The notes: generated by a model not told the origin, from the sequence alone. A DNA stretch of 64,000 nucleotides from Leptolyngbyaceae cyanobacterium (GCA_965263355.1 CBDHHL010000025.1:1-64000); one strand, 5' to 3'. Positions 9,192-20,695 are shown, counted from the first letter of the stretch. Translations and numbers: made by a program.

Positions 9192-10832
9192 ATGAAAATA
9201 GAACTTTTGCTCTTACTACGTCTTATACGGCAGCGCAGGCTGAGCTTATCAATACCCCTAGGCGTTGCCATTAGTTCCATGCTAGTTGCGCTTCCTAGTT
9301 GGGGACAGACCAGTAATTCAGTAACATCTCTATCTAATGGTGATGTAAAGTTTAATACCTCAAGTCTGGTAAGTCTGCAGGGTATTCAAGAATCTAACAA
9401 AGAGACCTCATTATCTGTGCCAGTTGCCGAATCGCACACTGGGGAGTTAACCGTGCCCCTAGGTAATAGCGAGGTGATTGCAGATATCCAAGTTCGCTTT
9501 GTTAACGAAGAGGGTGATCTGACTGAGGTAACTACCCAAGACAATATTATTGTCCGTGAGTTTGCTTTGCACCCAGGTGATAATTACGATCCGAAGCTGG
9601 CTCTAGAAGGCTTAACCCGAATTGCGGCTCTCTATGCTGTCAACCAGCAGGCAACGCTGACCCTTGAACCTGCAGCTGAACCTGAGCAGGTAGTTATGGC
9701 TGTGAATTTAGAAGAGCCAAATTCTTTTTTCTTTACCCTTGATTTAACGTTATCCCGACCGACCGCCCTACAGGGGGTATCACGGCCTGCTACGGTGCCT
9801 GCCCTATCAAATGGCAGCAGAGGATTTTCAGTTGGTGCTCGTTTTGGTTTGGCCAATATAGGCGGCAATAATCAAACACTATCCTTAGGCATTGAAGGAG
9901 GGGAAAATATTCTGGGTGTAGACCTAGACTTTAGGCAAGTTTTTGAAGATGAGTCAGGATATGGTATCAATTTTGCGAATCAGCGTGCTGTAGAGCCTGA
10001 ATTTACTGGTGATACTGAGATTGAAACCCCCAGTGGTGATGAACCTTGGGTACATCGCATTGGGGGTGGAGTTGAGTATTTTCGGCCCCTGGCTCCTGGT
10101 CTAGACGCAGCTTTGGGGGTTTCCTATCAGCAGATTTCTGTTCGAGAAGATGTTTTTTCTGATGATCTTGCCCCTAATGATGAGTTTGGCAATGATCTCA
10201 CAGTGAGCGATGATGGTGAAGATGACCTGTTGACTATCAACCTGGCAGGTATTCTAGACTATCGGAATGATACTAGAAACCCAACTAAGGGATCTAAATT
10301 ACTGTTTGGATTAGATCAATCTATTCCCATTGGTGATGCCGACATCTTATTTACTCGCCTCAGTGCAAACTACACTCAATTTTTACCCTTAAATCTTTTT
10401 GGCTTTACCGAGGGACCTCGTACTTTAGTTTTAAATCTGCAGGGAGGCACCATTTTGGGAGATTCACCACCCTATGATTCCTTTAGCTTGGGTGGTTCTA
10501 GTTCTGTGCGCGGCTATGGATCTGGAGAAGTTGGGACTGGGGAGAGTTTTGTTCAAGCCACTGCTGAATATCGCTTTCCCATTGTTTCCTTTAATGCATT
10601 TGACGATGATGTTGATCTTGGAGGCACCTTATTCTTTGATTACGCCACTGATTTAGGCACTGGTGATGAGGTTATTGGTCAACCTGCAGAGGTTCGCAAT
10701 AAACCGGGCGATGGTTTTGGCTATGGTGTAGGACTCAGGGCATTGACATCCCTTGGCCCCGTAAGGCTTGAGTTTGGCATCAGTGATGAAGGTGATACAA
10801 GAGTTATTTTTAACGTTGGTGATCGATTTTAA
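9192..10832 (+). CDS. BamA/TamA (Omp85) family outer-membrane protein
   Basis: Signal peptide, one POTRA-like segment, LGGSSSVRGY loop motif, GPVRLEFG, terminal Phe (FNVGDRF). ORF track starts at 9162. Confidence 0.9.
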   Translation: MKIELLLLLRLIRQRRLSLSIPLGVAISSMLVALPSWGQTSNSVTSLSNGDVKFNTSSLVSLQGIQESNKETSLSVPVAESHTGELTVPLGNSEVIADIQVRFVNEEGDLTEVTTQDNIIVREFALHPGDNYDPKLALEGLTRIAALYAVNQQATLTLEPAAEPEQVVMAVNLEEPNSFFFTLDLTLSRPTALQGVSRPATVPALSNGSRGFSVGARFGLANIGGNNQTLSLGIEGGENILGVDLDFRQVFEDESGYGINFANQRAVEPEFTGDTEIETPSGDEPWVHRIGGGVEYFRPLAPGLDAALGVSYQQISVREDVFSDDLAPNDEFGNDLTVSDDGEDDLLTINLAGILDYRNDTRNPTKGSKLLFGLDQSIPIGDADILFTRLSANYTQFLPLNLFGFTEGPRTLVLNLQGGTILGDSPPYDSFSLGGSSSVRGYGSGEVGTGESFVQATAEYRFPIVSFNAFDDDVDLGGTLFFDYATDLGTGDEVIGQPAEVRNKPGDGFGYGVGLRALTSLGPVRLEFGISDEGDTRVIFNVGDRF

Positions 10833-11151
10833 TAGCGTAGGTCATTGCAATCTTTTATAAGATGCGAATAAACGTTGAACCTCTTGGAATTTAACCGTTC
10901 GACTAAGCTCACATCGAAGTCCAAAGCCCAAATTCTGAGGGCATTGAATAGGGCAATTGTTGGGAAATGCAACTGTATGTTGCATTTCCCAATTATATCA
11001 AGCCAAAAATTAGCTAGTACCGAACATAATAAACAATGCAACATCACAAAAGCTGTAAACCTTTCCAGAATAAAGGCTTTGAATTCTAGTTATGTTTCGC
11101 TGTTTTATAATTGCTGTGCTAGTCTTGGCCTATGGGGCTCCTGTTGTTGTT

Positions 11152-13257
11152 TTATTCCAAAATCCTCGCTACTCCCTGGGAGTCTCCGTTTAGCACAAGG
11201 TATGAAACTAACTGTTGTTTTGCTGTCTCAGCTGTTAGCGGTGGTGAAAATAAATACCCTTGGCCAAACTCACAGCCTAGCTCTTGTAAATATTGCAGTT
11301 GTTCCTGGGTTTCAATGCCTTCCGCTACGGCTGTTAATCCTAGCTGTTTGCTCAAGGCCAAAATCGTGCTCACCACTTGATAGTTCCTATTGTTAGTATC
11401 CATCTGGCTAACAAACGTTCGGTCAATTTTCAGAGAATGAACCGGTAGACGATGGAGGTAATTGAGGGAGGAATACCCTGTACCAAAATCATCGATGCTA
11501 ATGCGAATCTGTTTCGCCGCTAATTGAACCAGCAAATCAGTCGTGCGCTCAATATCGTCAATCAGTATGCTTTCCGTAATTTCAATTGTGATGGCATCAC
11601 CGTTTAATCCAGTCTCTTTTAGGATTGCATCAATATCCTGAAGTAAGGTTGGCTTACGCAAATCCTGTGCAGAGAAGTTAATATTAATACTGAAAGTAGC
11701 TCTGTTGGCAAATTGTTGTTGCCAATGGGCAAGTTGTCGGCAGGCTTGATGAAAAACCCAATGGTCAATTGATGTAATTACGCCAGCTTCTTCAGCAACA
11801 GGAATAAATTTATCAGGGGAAATAAATCCGCTTAGGGGATGTTGCCAACGAACCAAGGCTTCAAATCCTGTCCATTGACCGTTCTTTAAATTAACAATGG
11901 GTTGGTAGCGTAGATTAAACTCTGCATTTTCAATAGCCTTGCGGAGATCTGTTTCCAAGGTGAGGCGATTCATTGCTTGGGTATGCATTGCCACATCGAA
12001 GAATTGGTAGGAATTGTTGCGTTGTTCCTTGGCTCGATACATGGCAATGTCTGCATCACGGATTAAATCAGCAGCTCGACAATAGTCGGGTGTACCCAAT
12101 ACAATGCCTATACTAAAACTAGTGAAAATTTCATAATCATCAATGTGAACAGGCATTTGGCTGTCTGCCAAAATGCGTTCAGTGACTTTCACCACCTCTT
12201 CAGTGTTGTTAATTTCTTCTAGCAAAATGACAAACTCATCCCCCCCTAAACGGGCAACCATGTCAATATCGCGTAAATGGTATGTTAACCGTTTGGCAGT
12301 CTCCACTAGCAATTGATCGCCCACTACATGGCCCAAGCTATCGTTGACTACTTTGAACCGATCCAGGTCCAGGAAAAGAACAGCATAGCGATAGTTTTGG
12401 AGTCGTTTAGCGCGGTTGATTGCCAACTCTAGGCGTTCGGTCAGTAATGCTCGGTTGGGTAAATTAGTGAGGTGATCGTGAAGGGCATTGTAGAGAAGCA
12501 AGTCTTGTGCTTTTTTGAGGTCACTGATGTCACGACAAACGCAGATTAATAAATCATCTTCAGTTAGGCTCAAGGATAGTCCCTGGGCAAACGTAGTGCC
12601 ATCCCGGCGGGTAGCAATGGCCTCTCCTTGCCAGGCGCGATCGCGTTCTAACTGGGGGAAAATCTCCTGCTCAAAGCGCTCGATTTGCTTTGGTGAATAA
12701 AGAGTCATCCAACTTTTCCCTAAAAATGCATTGGTTGACTCATAGCCAAACAGAGCGAGGTGAGAGCGGTTTGCATAGGTATATACTCCGTCCTGGACAA
12801 TACCGATCCCATCAATTGCTGTTTCAATGGCAGCTAGCTGACGGTTAATTGCAATTTCAGCTTGTTGGCGTTCAGCCCGAATTTTGGCATCCCGTAATTC
12901 TCTACGGACGGCTTCGGGTAACCGGGTCAGACTATCTTTCATCACATAGTCATGGGCCCCAGCCTTCATCATATCTACAGCGAGATATTCTCCAATGGAT
13001 CCTGCAACCACGATAAAGGGAATATTGGCACATATCTCATGAACTATTTTGAGGGCCGTAGGAGCATCAAACTTAGGTAAAGTGTAATCCGAAATAACTA
13101 CGTCCCATTTACGGGTTTCCAGCATTTTCCTGAGTTCCTCAGCGGTTTCTACCCGTTCCCAAATGGTCACCAAACCACTGCGCTGAAGTTCCCTAATGAC
13201 CAAGCGGGTATCATCCTCGGAATCTTCGATGATCAAAACATTGAGGGAATCACTCAT
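11152..13257 (-). CDS. REC-PAS-GGDEF-EAL c-di-GMP synthase/phosphodiesterase
   Basis: IIEDSEDD and ISDY receiver motifs, RDID I-site with GGDEF, FEAL, EITES, DDFGTGYSS, QGY all intact. Confidence 0.95.
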   Translation of the reverse strand: MSDSLNVLIIEDSEDDTRLVIRELQRSGLVTIWERVETAEELRKMLETRKWDVVISDYTLPKFDAPTALKIVHEICANIPFIVVAGSIGEYLAVDMMKAGAHDYVMKDSLTRLPEAVRRELRDAKIRAERQQAEIAINRQLAAIETAIDGIGIVQDGVYTYANRSHLALFGYESTNAFLGKSWMTLYSPKQIERFEQEIFPQLERDRAWQGEAIATRRDGTTFAQGLSLSLTEDDLLICVCRDISDLKKAQDLLLYNALHDHLTNLPNRALLTERLELAINRAKRLQNYRYAVLFLDLDRFKVVNDSLGHVVGDQLLVETAKRLTYHLRDIDMVARLGGDEFVILLEEINNTEEVVKVTERILADSQMPVHIDDYEIFTSFSIGIVLGTPDYCRAADLIRDADIAMYRAKEQRNNSYQFFDVAMHTQAMNRLTLETDLRKAIENAEFNLRYQPIVNLKNGQWTGFEALVRWQHPLSGFISPDKFIPVAEEAGVITSIDHWVFHQACRQLAHWQQQFANRATFSININFSAQDLRKPTLLQDIDAILKETGLNGDAITIEITESILIDDIERTTDLLVQLAAKQIRISIDDFGTGYSSLNYLHRLPVHSLKIDRTFVSQMDTNNRNYQVVSTILALSKQLGLTAVAEGIETQEQLQYLQELGCEFGQGYLFSPPLTAETAKQQLVSYLVLNGDSQGVARILE

Positions 13258-13334
13258 GAATACTTATCGCCTCTGACCAGCAGTTTGACTCATGCACCAA
13301 GAATAGCCCCAGTGAAAGCATAGTAGGGGTAGAG

Positions 13335-13754
13335 TCATAGAGCGTCTGGCAATGGTTCATTCAGGAGTGACCAGTATAAACCTAGTTGTGCAACTGCCTT
13401 TGCAAATTGCTCAAAATCAACTGGTTTTCGAACATAGCTATTAGCTCCTAGATTGTAACTTTCGATAATATCGCGCTGCTGGCTAGAGGAAGTAAGGATA
13501 ACAATTGGCAATAAGCGTATTCGTTCGTCCTCACGGACGCGCTGTAAAACGTCTAATCCATCCAATTTTGGGAGCTTGATATCTAGTAACACCACACAAG
13601 GTAATATCTCAGTTGAAAATAGAATTTCTAACGCTTCTTCTCCATCTCTTGCAACCTGAATAGGATTAGTTACATTCCCCCGTCGTAACCCCCGAATTGT
13701 TAATAGTTCATCGTCAGGGTTGTCTTCAACCAGCAAGATCGGACGAGTCATCAT
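13335..13754 (-). CDS. Single-domain response regulator (Rcp1-like)
   Basis: ILLVEDNPDD, LLDIKLP, ILTSS, GANSYVRKPVDF; ATG at 13754/13751. Confidence 0.95.
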   Translation of the reverse strand: MMTRPILLVEDNPDDELLTIRGLRRGNVTNPIQVARDGEEALEILFSTEILPCVVLLDIKLPKLDGLDVLQRVREDERIRLLPIVILTSSSQQRDIIESYNLGANSYVRKPVDFEQFAKAVAQLGLYWSLLNEPLPDAL

Positions 13755-13872
13755 AGGTTTAGAATAACGCTTACTACAGTCAAACAAACAACCTGGGTAG
13801 GTAGATAAACAACTCAATTTTAGAGCTGAAACCCCAGCAATTTTACGGAATTATTAGTTTAAATCGCAATCT

Positions 13873-16800
13873 TTATACGTTTCCTTGGTGGATTATGTTC
13901 CCTGCTTTAGCAGGCTGAGGTACCGTAAAATAAAAGGTAGCGCCTTGTTCAACAATAGCGTCTGCCCAAACTGTGCCACTATGGCGGTGAATGATTCTTT
14001 GAACTGTTGCTAAACCAATGCCGGTACCAGGAAACTGATTTTCTGTGTGTAATCGGTGGAATACGCCAAAAAGCTTATCGATGTATGCCATATTAAAGCC
14101 TGCGCCATCGTCTTGAACAAAATAGGTCGTTGGCTGTCCTTTATTAGTTTGCATGCCAAACTCAATACGGGCTGTAGAATGGTGACTGGTAAATTTCCAT
14201 GCATTCTGTAAAAGATTGGTGAGCATGATCCTCATCAGAGTTAAATCAGCAACAATAGTCATGTTTGGGGCAATTATGACCTTGACATGGCGAGCAGGAT
14301 CTGATTCTTGCAATTCACGGATTAACTCATAGGCTAAGCTAGTCAAATTGACATTAGAATAATGCAGCTCTACTTGCGATACCCTTGATAAGCTTAGTAA
14401 ATCATCAATTAACATCGACATCCGCGATATATTTTTGCGAATGCGGTCAAAATAGCTGTTTGCGACTTCATCAAAGGTGCCTCCATAGTCCTCGAGCAAT
14501 GCCTTACTAAACCCATCTATGGCGCGTAACGGTGCTCGTAAATCATGGGAAACGGAGTAGGCAAAGGATTCTAGCTCCTTATTAGAGACCTCCAGCTGGG
14601 TATTAGAGGCCTCTAGCTGAGCAGTAGTGTCTTTAAGGGCTGTAATATCTCGTCCAACAGCTTGAAATTCGATTGCCTTGCCACTAGCATCAAAGAAAGC
14701 ACGGTCAGTCCATTGTTGCCAACACAGGGTATTATCGGGGGCGATGACCTGGTATTCATAGACAATAACGGGGTTTTCAAACGATAGATTATTGAACGTT
14801 TGCTGAGTAGCTGCCCGATCTTTTTGAAGTAATAAATCCAGAAAATTAGAGCCAACTAACTCTTCGGATGAACGCTGAAAGTATTGACAGTAGGCATCGT
14901 TGACAAATGTTAGGGTACCATCAGGCAAAAAGCGGCAAATTAACTCAGTCTGGTCAGCAACGATACTTTGGTAATAGGCCTGACTCGCCTGCAGCTCTGC
15001 CGTTCGTTCTGTGACTTTGGTTTCTAAGCTGCGATTCAATTTCTCCAAGGCAGTTTGAGCCCGCTGGCGTTCAAGTTCGGCCGCAGATCGTGCCCCAAAA
15101 ACCCGCAAAATTTGTTCTGCCCGGTCAGGATCCCTCAAGGGTTGCTGGTTCAAGATGTAAAGGATACCAATCAATTTACCCTGGTTGCCATACAAGGCAA
15201 TTCCCAGAAAACACACGGCCTCTAATTCAGCCAGGGCTGGATCTTCGGGAAACGCTTCTTGAACGGAATCAGGGCAATAATAAAATCCCTCTTGTAATGC
15301 CCGTTTGCACGGGCCATTGATGGGGGTATAGGAGAAATTGGGTTGAAGCCTATCACTTGCCCATACAGCTAGGGCATGCACGTCACCTTCCATGTATTCT
15401 GCTACCAATACATAGGCTGCCTCCAATGCCCCGGCAATATGGTGTACCAGGGCTGGGAAAAAGTCTTGGCCAGTGGTGGCAGCAGTGCCCTCAATCAGGT
15501 TTTGGAGCGCCAGCTCGGTCTGTTTGCGATCGCTAATATCCGTAATAGTACCCACATAGCCCATCATTTGCCCTAAGGTATCCTGTTCGGCAACTGCCTG
15601 GGTATAGACCCATCGCACGGTACCGTCAGGCTGTTGAAACCGATATTCCAGCTGAAAGGTCGTCTGGGTCTGGAAGGCTTCTATCCAGGTGGTCATAACG
15701 AGCTCGCGGTCTTCAGGATGGAGGGCATTCTGCCATTGATTCCCCATCAGTACCTCACGGCTAAGCCCTGTGATCTCACAAGCGCGATAGTTAACGTAAA
15801 TACACTGACCGGCTGAATCATGGCGAAAAATACCCACAGGGGCGGCGGCGGCCAAAGAGATATACCGCTGTTCACTAGTCCTAAGGCGACTTTCTCGCTC
15901 CTGGAGTTCGGCAGTGCGCTCTGTGACTTTGATTTCTAAGGATTGATTTAGCTGTTCCAGGGCGGTCTTGGCCCATTGACGTTCTAGTTCGGCTCCGGCC
16001 CGAGCGGCAAAGACCCGTAAAATTTGCTCCGCTCGCTGTGGCTCTAGAATGGCTTTAGAGTCAAAAACGCAAAGATTGCCAATGGCTTCGCCTTGAGCGT
16101 TATAGATGGCTACCCCTAGATAGCTTTGAGCATTTAACTCTACTAAGAGATCATCTTCAGGAAACATCTCCTGGATGGAATGTTCGCAATAAAGTCGTCC
16201 CTCATCTAATATCCGTTGGCAGGGCATGGGGCGGGGATCGTAGGAACAGGTGGGCTGCAATGTGCCAGCACTCCAGAATGCCAGAATGTCCATCTCATAA
16301 TCTTTGACCTTAGCGGCCACAAAGACATAGGCAATATCTAAGGCGTCGCTAATGTGACGCACCAGAGCTGGAAAAAAGTCTTGGCCAGTGGTGGCAGCGG
16401 TACCCACAATCAGGTTTTCTAATGCTTGCTCAGCCCGTTTGCGAGCGGTAATATCCCGCCCCACTGCCTGGTATTCAATGAAATTGCCATCGGCATCAAA
16501 CAAGGCACGATCGCTCCACTGTTGCCAGTGAAGGCTGCCATCGGGGGCAAGGATTTGATGCTCGTAAGTAGAGACAGGGTTGTCAATGGACAAGTTGCTA
16601 AAGTTCTCTAAGTAGATGCACTGAGCCTCTGGAGGTAGCATTGGAATGAAGCGCTGTCCAATCAGCTCATCTGGCGATTTTTGGAAGAATTCACAGTAGG
16701 CCCTATTCACAAAGGTGAGGGTACTATCGGGTAAAAAGCGACAGATTAACTCAGTTTGATCGGAGATAATGCCCTGGTAATAGGCACGACTGGTTGAGAG

Positions 16801-19800
16801 TTCAGTGGTGCGTTCTTCCACTTTGGCTTCCAGGGCAGTATTGAGTTCTTCTAACTCGGTTTGTGCTCGCTGACGTTCTAGCTCAGCGGCTGCTCGAGCT
16901 GCAAACACCCGCATAATTTGCTCCGCATGTTGTGGGTTTGGAATTTCTTGATGATTCAGAATACACAAGTCACCAATGGCTCGTCCCTGGGCATCCTGCA
17001 AAGCAATTCCTAAATAACTATCAGCATTCATTTCAACCAAATCTGGATCATATGGAAACTGCTGCTGTAACGCATGGCCACAGTAAAATCGTCCTTCTCG
17101 TAAAGTCAATTCACAAGGTGTTTGGGAAGGATGATAGGTCAGATTAGTCTGCATCGCACCATTGGCCCAAAAGGCCAACGTGTTCAAGCTATCATCAACT
17201 AACTCAGACACAATGGCATAGGAAACATTGAGAACCATCGCCATGTAGCTAACCAAAACGGGAAAAAAGTCTTTACCTGTGGCAGTAGCAGTCCCTGCGA
17301 TCAAGTTTTGGAGGGCTTGTTCAGCCTGCTTGCGTTCGAGTTCAGCCGCTGCCCGAGCCGCAAAGACCCGGAGAATTTGTTGGGCTCTTTTGGGAGATGC
17401 GATTGGTTGTGGGTTCATAACGAATAGATGGCCGATACCCTGACCTTGGGTATTACTTAGCGCAATACCCAAATAGCTTTCGACATCAAGGTCAACAAGA
17501 TCTCGATCATGGGGAAATAGCTGCTGAACATTGGTATCGCAGTAAAACTCTCCTACCTGAAAGACTTGTTCACAAGGGGTATCCGCTATGGGGTAAATAT
17601 GACGTGGTCTCAAGGTGTCTTGGCCCCAAAAAGCCAGAGTATGTAGGGTATCGTCAATCTTTTCAGTGACAATGGCATAGGTCACATTCAAGGCTTTGGC
17701 AATATGGCACACTAAAGCCGGGAAAAAGTCTTGCCCAGTGGTGGCTGCAGTACCTGCAATCAGGTTTTGTAGGGCCAATTCCGCCTGTTTGCGCTTAGTA
17801 ATGTCAAGGACAGTACCAAATAACCGGGTGACTTGCCCTTGGCCATCCCGTTCTACTTCTGCGCGACATTCATGGTGACTCACAGTGTCATCTGGGCGTA
17901 CCATACTGTATTCAAACGTGTAGGGGGTGCCATCAGAGATCGCCCGCTCGATATATTGCTTTAACGTCTGACGATCATCTACCTGAAACATCTTTAAACA
18001 GTCTGGATAGGAGGGAGCTGTTTCAGCAGGCTCCAGGCCATATATACGAAACATTTCTGGGGACCAGATAACCGTCTGAGTAGCAACATTCAATTCCCAG
18101 TTACCCACATGAGCTACCCGCTGTGCTTTCAACAGATTGGCTTCACTGCGGCGTAGTTGCTCATCGGCCTGTCGACGCTCAATGGCAATTCCAGCAATAT
18201 GAGCCATTTGGGTAATAATACCCAGCTCGTTTGCTTGGGGTAATTTAATCTCTTGGTAATGAATCGTAAACGTCCCTAAAAGACTCTTATCATTGGCGAT
18301 GATGGGAACCGACCAACCAGCTTGAAAGCCATACTTGGCTGCCAATACTTTGTAGTCTGGTGATAACAATGGCGAGGTAGCAAAATCCTCAACAATAACT
18401 GTTTGCTTTGTGTAAGCGGCTCGCGTACAAAGACTTAGCTGTTCAACAATTTGAACGCAGTTGGCTGCTTCAGCATAGGCAGCTGGCAGACTGATGCCTG
18501 CACCATAACGTAGGCAGTTGTCGTTATCCCGCAGCATGAGTAAGCAAATGGCCCCCTCTACACATTGCTCCATCCGCTCAACCAGAACTCTGAGAACTTG
18601 GGATAACGGTTCACGACGGGCAATTTGCTCTAGCAACTCATATTGAGCCTTCAATTGAATTTCGGCCAGCTTGCGCTCATGAATATCAGTGTGGATTCCT
18701 AAAAAACGAGTGGGTTGCCTCGCCTCATCCCATTCAATAAACTGTCCCATGGCCAGGATCCATTTCCATTTCCCTTGCTGAGTCCATTGTCGAAACTCGG
18801 CTCTATACCGGGGTGTTTGACCTGCCGCATAGGCCCTGTAGGCTCGGTGGGTCGGTTCGCTATCCTCAGGGTGGAGACGCGATCGCCAAGTTTCGGCTGT
18901 TTCATGGAAGTTGGCCGGATCGTAGCCCAGCATCAGGGCATATTCGGGGCTAACGATCGCTTCATCTGTTCGCAGATTAATATCAAAAAAGCCTTGGTTG
19001 GCTGCTCTCATGGCTAATCGCAACCGTTCTTCATTTTCTTGCAGGGCTGCAGTACGTTCTGTAACTTGTGCTTCCAAAGATTGGTTGAGTTCTTCCAAAG
19101 CTAGGTTGACTCGTTGCCGCTCCAATTCGGCAGCGGCCCTGGCTGCGAAAACCGATAGAATTTGTTTCGATCTTTCTGGGTTAGGAATGGGGCCTTGGTT
19201 AAGGATGGACAACCCGCCAATGGTTTCCCCTTGACTATTCTTGAAGGCAATACCCAAATAACTATCTACCCCTAGGAGTTTGACCAAGGGCAAATCGTTT
19301 GGAAAATGCTGTTGTAATCTTGTTGAACAATAAAACTCTCCCTCGTGCATCACGGGTTCACACGGCGTTTGAATATAGTTATAGGTTAAATTAGGCTGTA
19401 GTTCATGGTTGAAGTAGAGGGCTAATGATGTGAGCTGGTCATCCTCATCATCCATACGTTGGGTAATCAGGACACAGGAGACATTTAAGGTTTTGGCAAT
19501 GTGAGTTGCAAGGGCTGGGAAAAAGTTCTGTCCGATGGTAGAAGCAGTACCTGCAATCAAATTATTAAGCTGTTGCTCAGCAGCTTTGCGATCGCTGATA
19601 TCGCGTACCAAACAATGAATGATTTCCTCACCACCGTAGGGAATGGTGGTCAACATAACTTCCGTCCAAAAGGTTTCACCATTACGCCGTTGATGGAGCC
19701 ATTCATAGCAGTGGCTCCCCTGTTCATAGGCGATTTGAATTATCGTATCGGCTTTGTCTCGCGACAGTTGTCCATCTGCTTGCAATTCTGGCGATAGTTG

Positions 19801-20421
19801 GCTCGGATGCAGGGAGCACAGTTGTGATTTGTGAGTGTACCCAAACAGGTTTAGGCAAGCCTGATTACAATCAATCACCCCTTGATTACTAAGCAGTAAA
19901 ATAGCATCTGCTGCTTTTTCAAATAAAAGAGCGAACCGCTTCTGAGATGACTGGGAAGCCGATAGGGCGACCTGAAGCTGTTTTGTTTGGTTCACTAGTT
20001 CCTGGGTTCGCTGAGTTACTTGCTGCTCCAAGAATTGGTTGACACGCTGCAACTGGAGATGGGTCTTCACCCGTGCCACCAGTTCAGTTGCTTGAAAAGG
20101 CTTAGAGATATAATCAACGGCACCCAAATCAAACGCCCTGACAATACTGTTGGCATCTGATTGAACTGCTAGAAAAATAATTGGAATTTGAGCTGTATCT
20201 GGATTGGCTTTGATCCGTTCACAAACTTCAAATCCATTCATTCCCGGCATTTGAATATCCAGCAAGATCAAATCCGGCTGGTAACGCTTGAGCTGTTTCA
20301 GAGCCTGCTCGCCATTGGTGAAGATGCTAATGGTGTAGCCTAGGGGGGCAAGAATCTTGGAGACGACGTCTAGATTGGTCGGTAAATCATCAATAATGAG
20401 AATATTAGCAAGATTCTCCAT
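13873..20421 (-). CDS. Hybrid sensor histidine kinase: REC, multiple PAS/PAC and GAF domains, HisKA, HATPase
   Basis: N-terminal receiver, repeated GAF modules ending VFAARAAAELER, H-box SVSHDLRAPL, NLLQNAWKF, DDGAGF, GTGIGLA. Confidence 0.95.
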   Translation of the reverse strand: MENLANILIIDDLPTNLDVVSKILAPLGYTISIFTNGEQALKQLKRYQPDLILLDIQMPGMNGFEVCERIKANPDTAQIPIIFLAVQSDANSIVRAFDLGAVDYISKPFQATELVARVKTHLQLQRVNQFLEQQVTQRTQELVNQTKQLQVALSASQSSQKRFALLFEKAADAILLLSNQGVIDCNQACLNLFGYTHKSQLCSLHPSQLSPELQADGQLSRDKADTIIQIAYEQGSHCYEWLHQRRNGETFWTEVMLTTIPYGGEEIIHCLVRDISDRKAAEQQLNNLIAGTASTIGQNFFPALATHIAKTLNVSCVLITQRMDDEDDQLTSLALYFNHELQPNLTYNYIQTPCEPVMHEGEFYCSTRLQQHFPNDLPLVKLLGVDSYLGIAFKNSQGETIGGLSILNQGPIPNPERSKQILSVFAARAAAELERQRVNLALEELNQSLEAQVTERTAALQENEERLRLAMRAANQGFFDINLRTDEAIVSPEYALMLGYDPANFHETAETWRSRLHPEDSEPTHRAYRAYAAGQTPRYRAEFRQWTQQGKWKWILAMGQFIEWDEARQPTRFLGIHTDIHERKLAEIQLKAQYELLEQIARREPLSQVLRVLVERMEQCVEGAICLLMLRDNDNCLRYGAGISLPAAYAEAANCVQIVEQLSLCTRAAYTKQTVIVEDFATSPLLSPDYKVLAAKYGFQAGWSVPIIANDKSLLGTFTIHYQEIKLPQANELGIITQMAHIAGIAIERRQADEQLRRSEANLLKAQRVAHVGNWELNVATQTVIWSPEMFRIYGLEPAETAPSYPDCLKMFQVDDRQTLKQYIERAISDGTPYTFEYSMVRPDDTVSHHECRAEVERDGQGQVTRLFGTVLDITKRKQAELALQNLIAGTAATTGQDFFPALVCHIAKALNVTYAIVTEKIDDTLHTLAFWGQDTLRPRHIYPIADTPCEQVFQVGEFYCDTNVQQLFPHDRDLVDLDVESYLGIALSNTQGQGIGHLFVMNPQPIASPKRAQQILRVFAARAAAELERKQAEQALQNLIAGTATATGKDFFPVLVSYMAMVLNVSYAIVSELVDDSLNTLAFWANGAMQTNLTYHPSQTPCELTLREGRFYCGHALQQQFPYDPDLVEMNADSYLGIALQDAQGRAIGDLCILNHQEIPNPQHAEQIMRVFAARAAAELERQRAQTELEELNTALEAKVEERTTELSTSRAYYQGIISDQTELICRFLPDSTLTFVNRAYCEFFQKSPDELIGQRFIPMLPPEAQCIYLENFSNLSIDNPVSTYEHQILAPDGSLHWQQWSDRALFDADGNFIEYQAVGRDITARKRAEQALENLIVGTAATTGQDFFPALVRHISDALDIAYVFVAAKVKDYEMDILAFWSAGTLQPTCSYDPRPMPCQRILDEGRLYCEHSIQEMFPEDDLLVELNAQSYLGVAIYNAQGEAIGNLCVFDSKAILEPQRAEQILRVFAARAGAELERQWAKTALEQLNQSLEIKVTERTAELQERESRLRTSEQRYISLAAAAPVGIFRHDSAGQCIYVNYRACEITGLSREVLMGNQWQNALHPEDRELVMTTWIEAFQTQTTFQLEYRFQQPDGTVRWVYTQAVAEQDTLGQMMGYVGTITDISDRKQTELALQNLIEGTAATTGQDFFPALVHHIAGALEAAYVLVAEYMEGDVHALAVWASDRLQPNFSYTPINGPCKRALQEGFYYCPDSVQEAFPEDPALAELEAVCFLGIALYGNQGKLIGILYILNQQPLRDPDRAEQILRVFGARSAAELERQRAQTALEKLNRSLETKVTERTAELQASQAYYQSIVADQTELICRFLPDGTLTFVNDAYCQYFQRSSEELVGSNFLDLLLQKDRAATQQTFNNLSFENPVIVYEYQVIAPDNTLCWQQWTDRAFFDASGKAIEFQAVGRDITALKDTTAQLEASNTQLEVSNKELESFAYSVSHDLRAPLRAIDGFSKALLEDYGGTFDEVANSYFDRIRKNISRMSMLIDDLLSLSRVSQVELHYSNVNLTSLAYELIRELQESDPARHVKVIIAPNMTIVADLTLMRIMLTNLLQNAWKFTSHHSTARIEFGMQTNKGQPTTYFVQDDGAGFNMAYIDKLFGVFHRLHTENQFPGTGIGLATVQRIIHRHSGTVWADAIVEQGATFYFTVPQPAKAGNIIHQGNV

Positions 20422-20695
20422 GGCTTGTGTGCTCAGTGAAATATGACTCTAATTTACCTTGGGACTAGGAATGCTCCAGGACTTGAGCATAGCCTAGAAC
20501 CTATAGGACTAGCCTTGTTCTATTGAATGTATATTTCTGAGGGGATTACGCCTAGGGGTTGATCAGGATTCATCTTTGAACGTGACGAATCATTAGGGCA
20601 CCTCTATTTATTCAGATCTCTTTAAAAATGACAACGAAGTTTCAATGGGTTTGACTTCTTAAAAGACACAATTAGGCAATTAATCGAGATGCCCA

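Noticed and set aside
10875..11396. 173 aa plus-strand ORF
   Set aside because: Partly antisense to the EAL domain, TTG start, no recognisable motifs.
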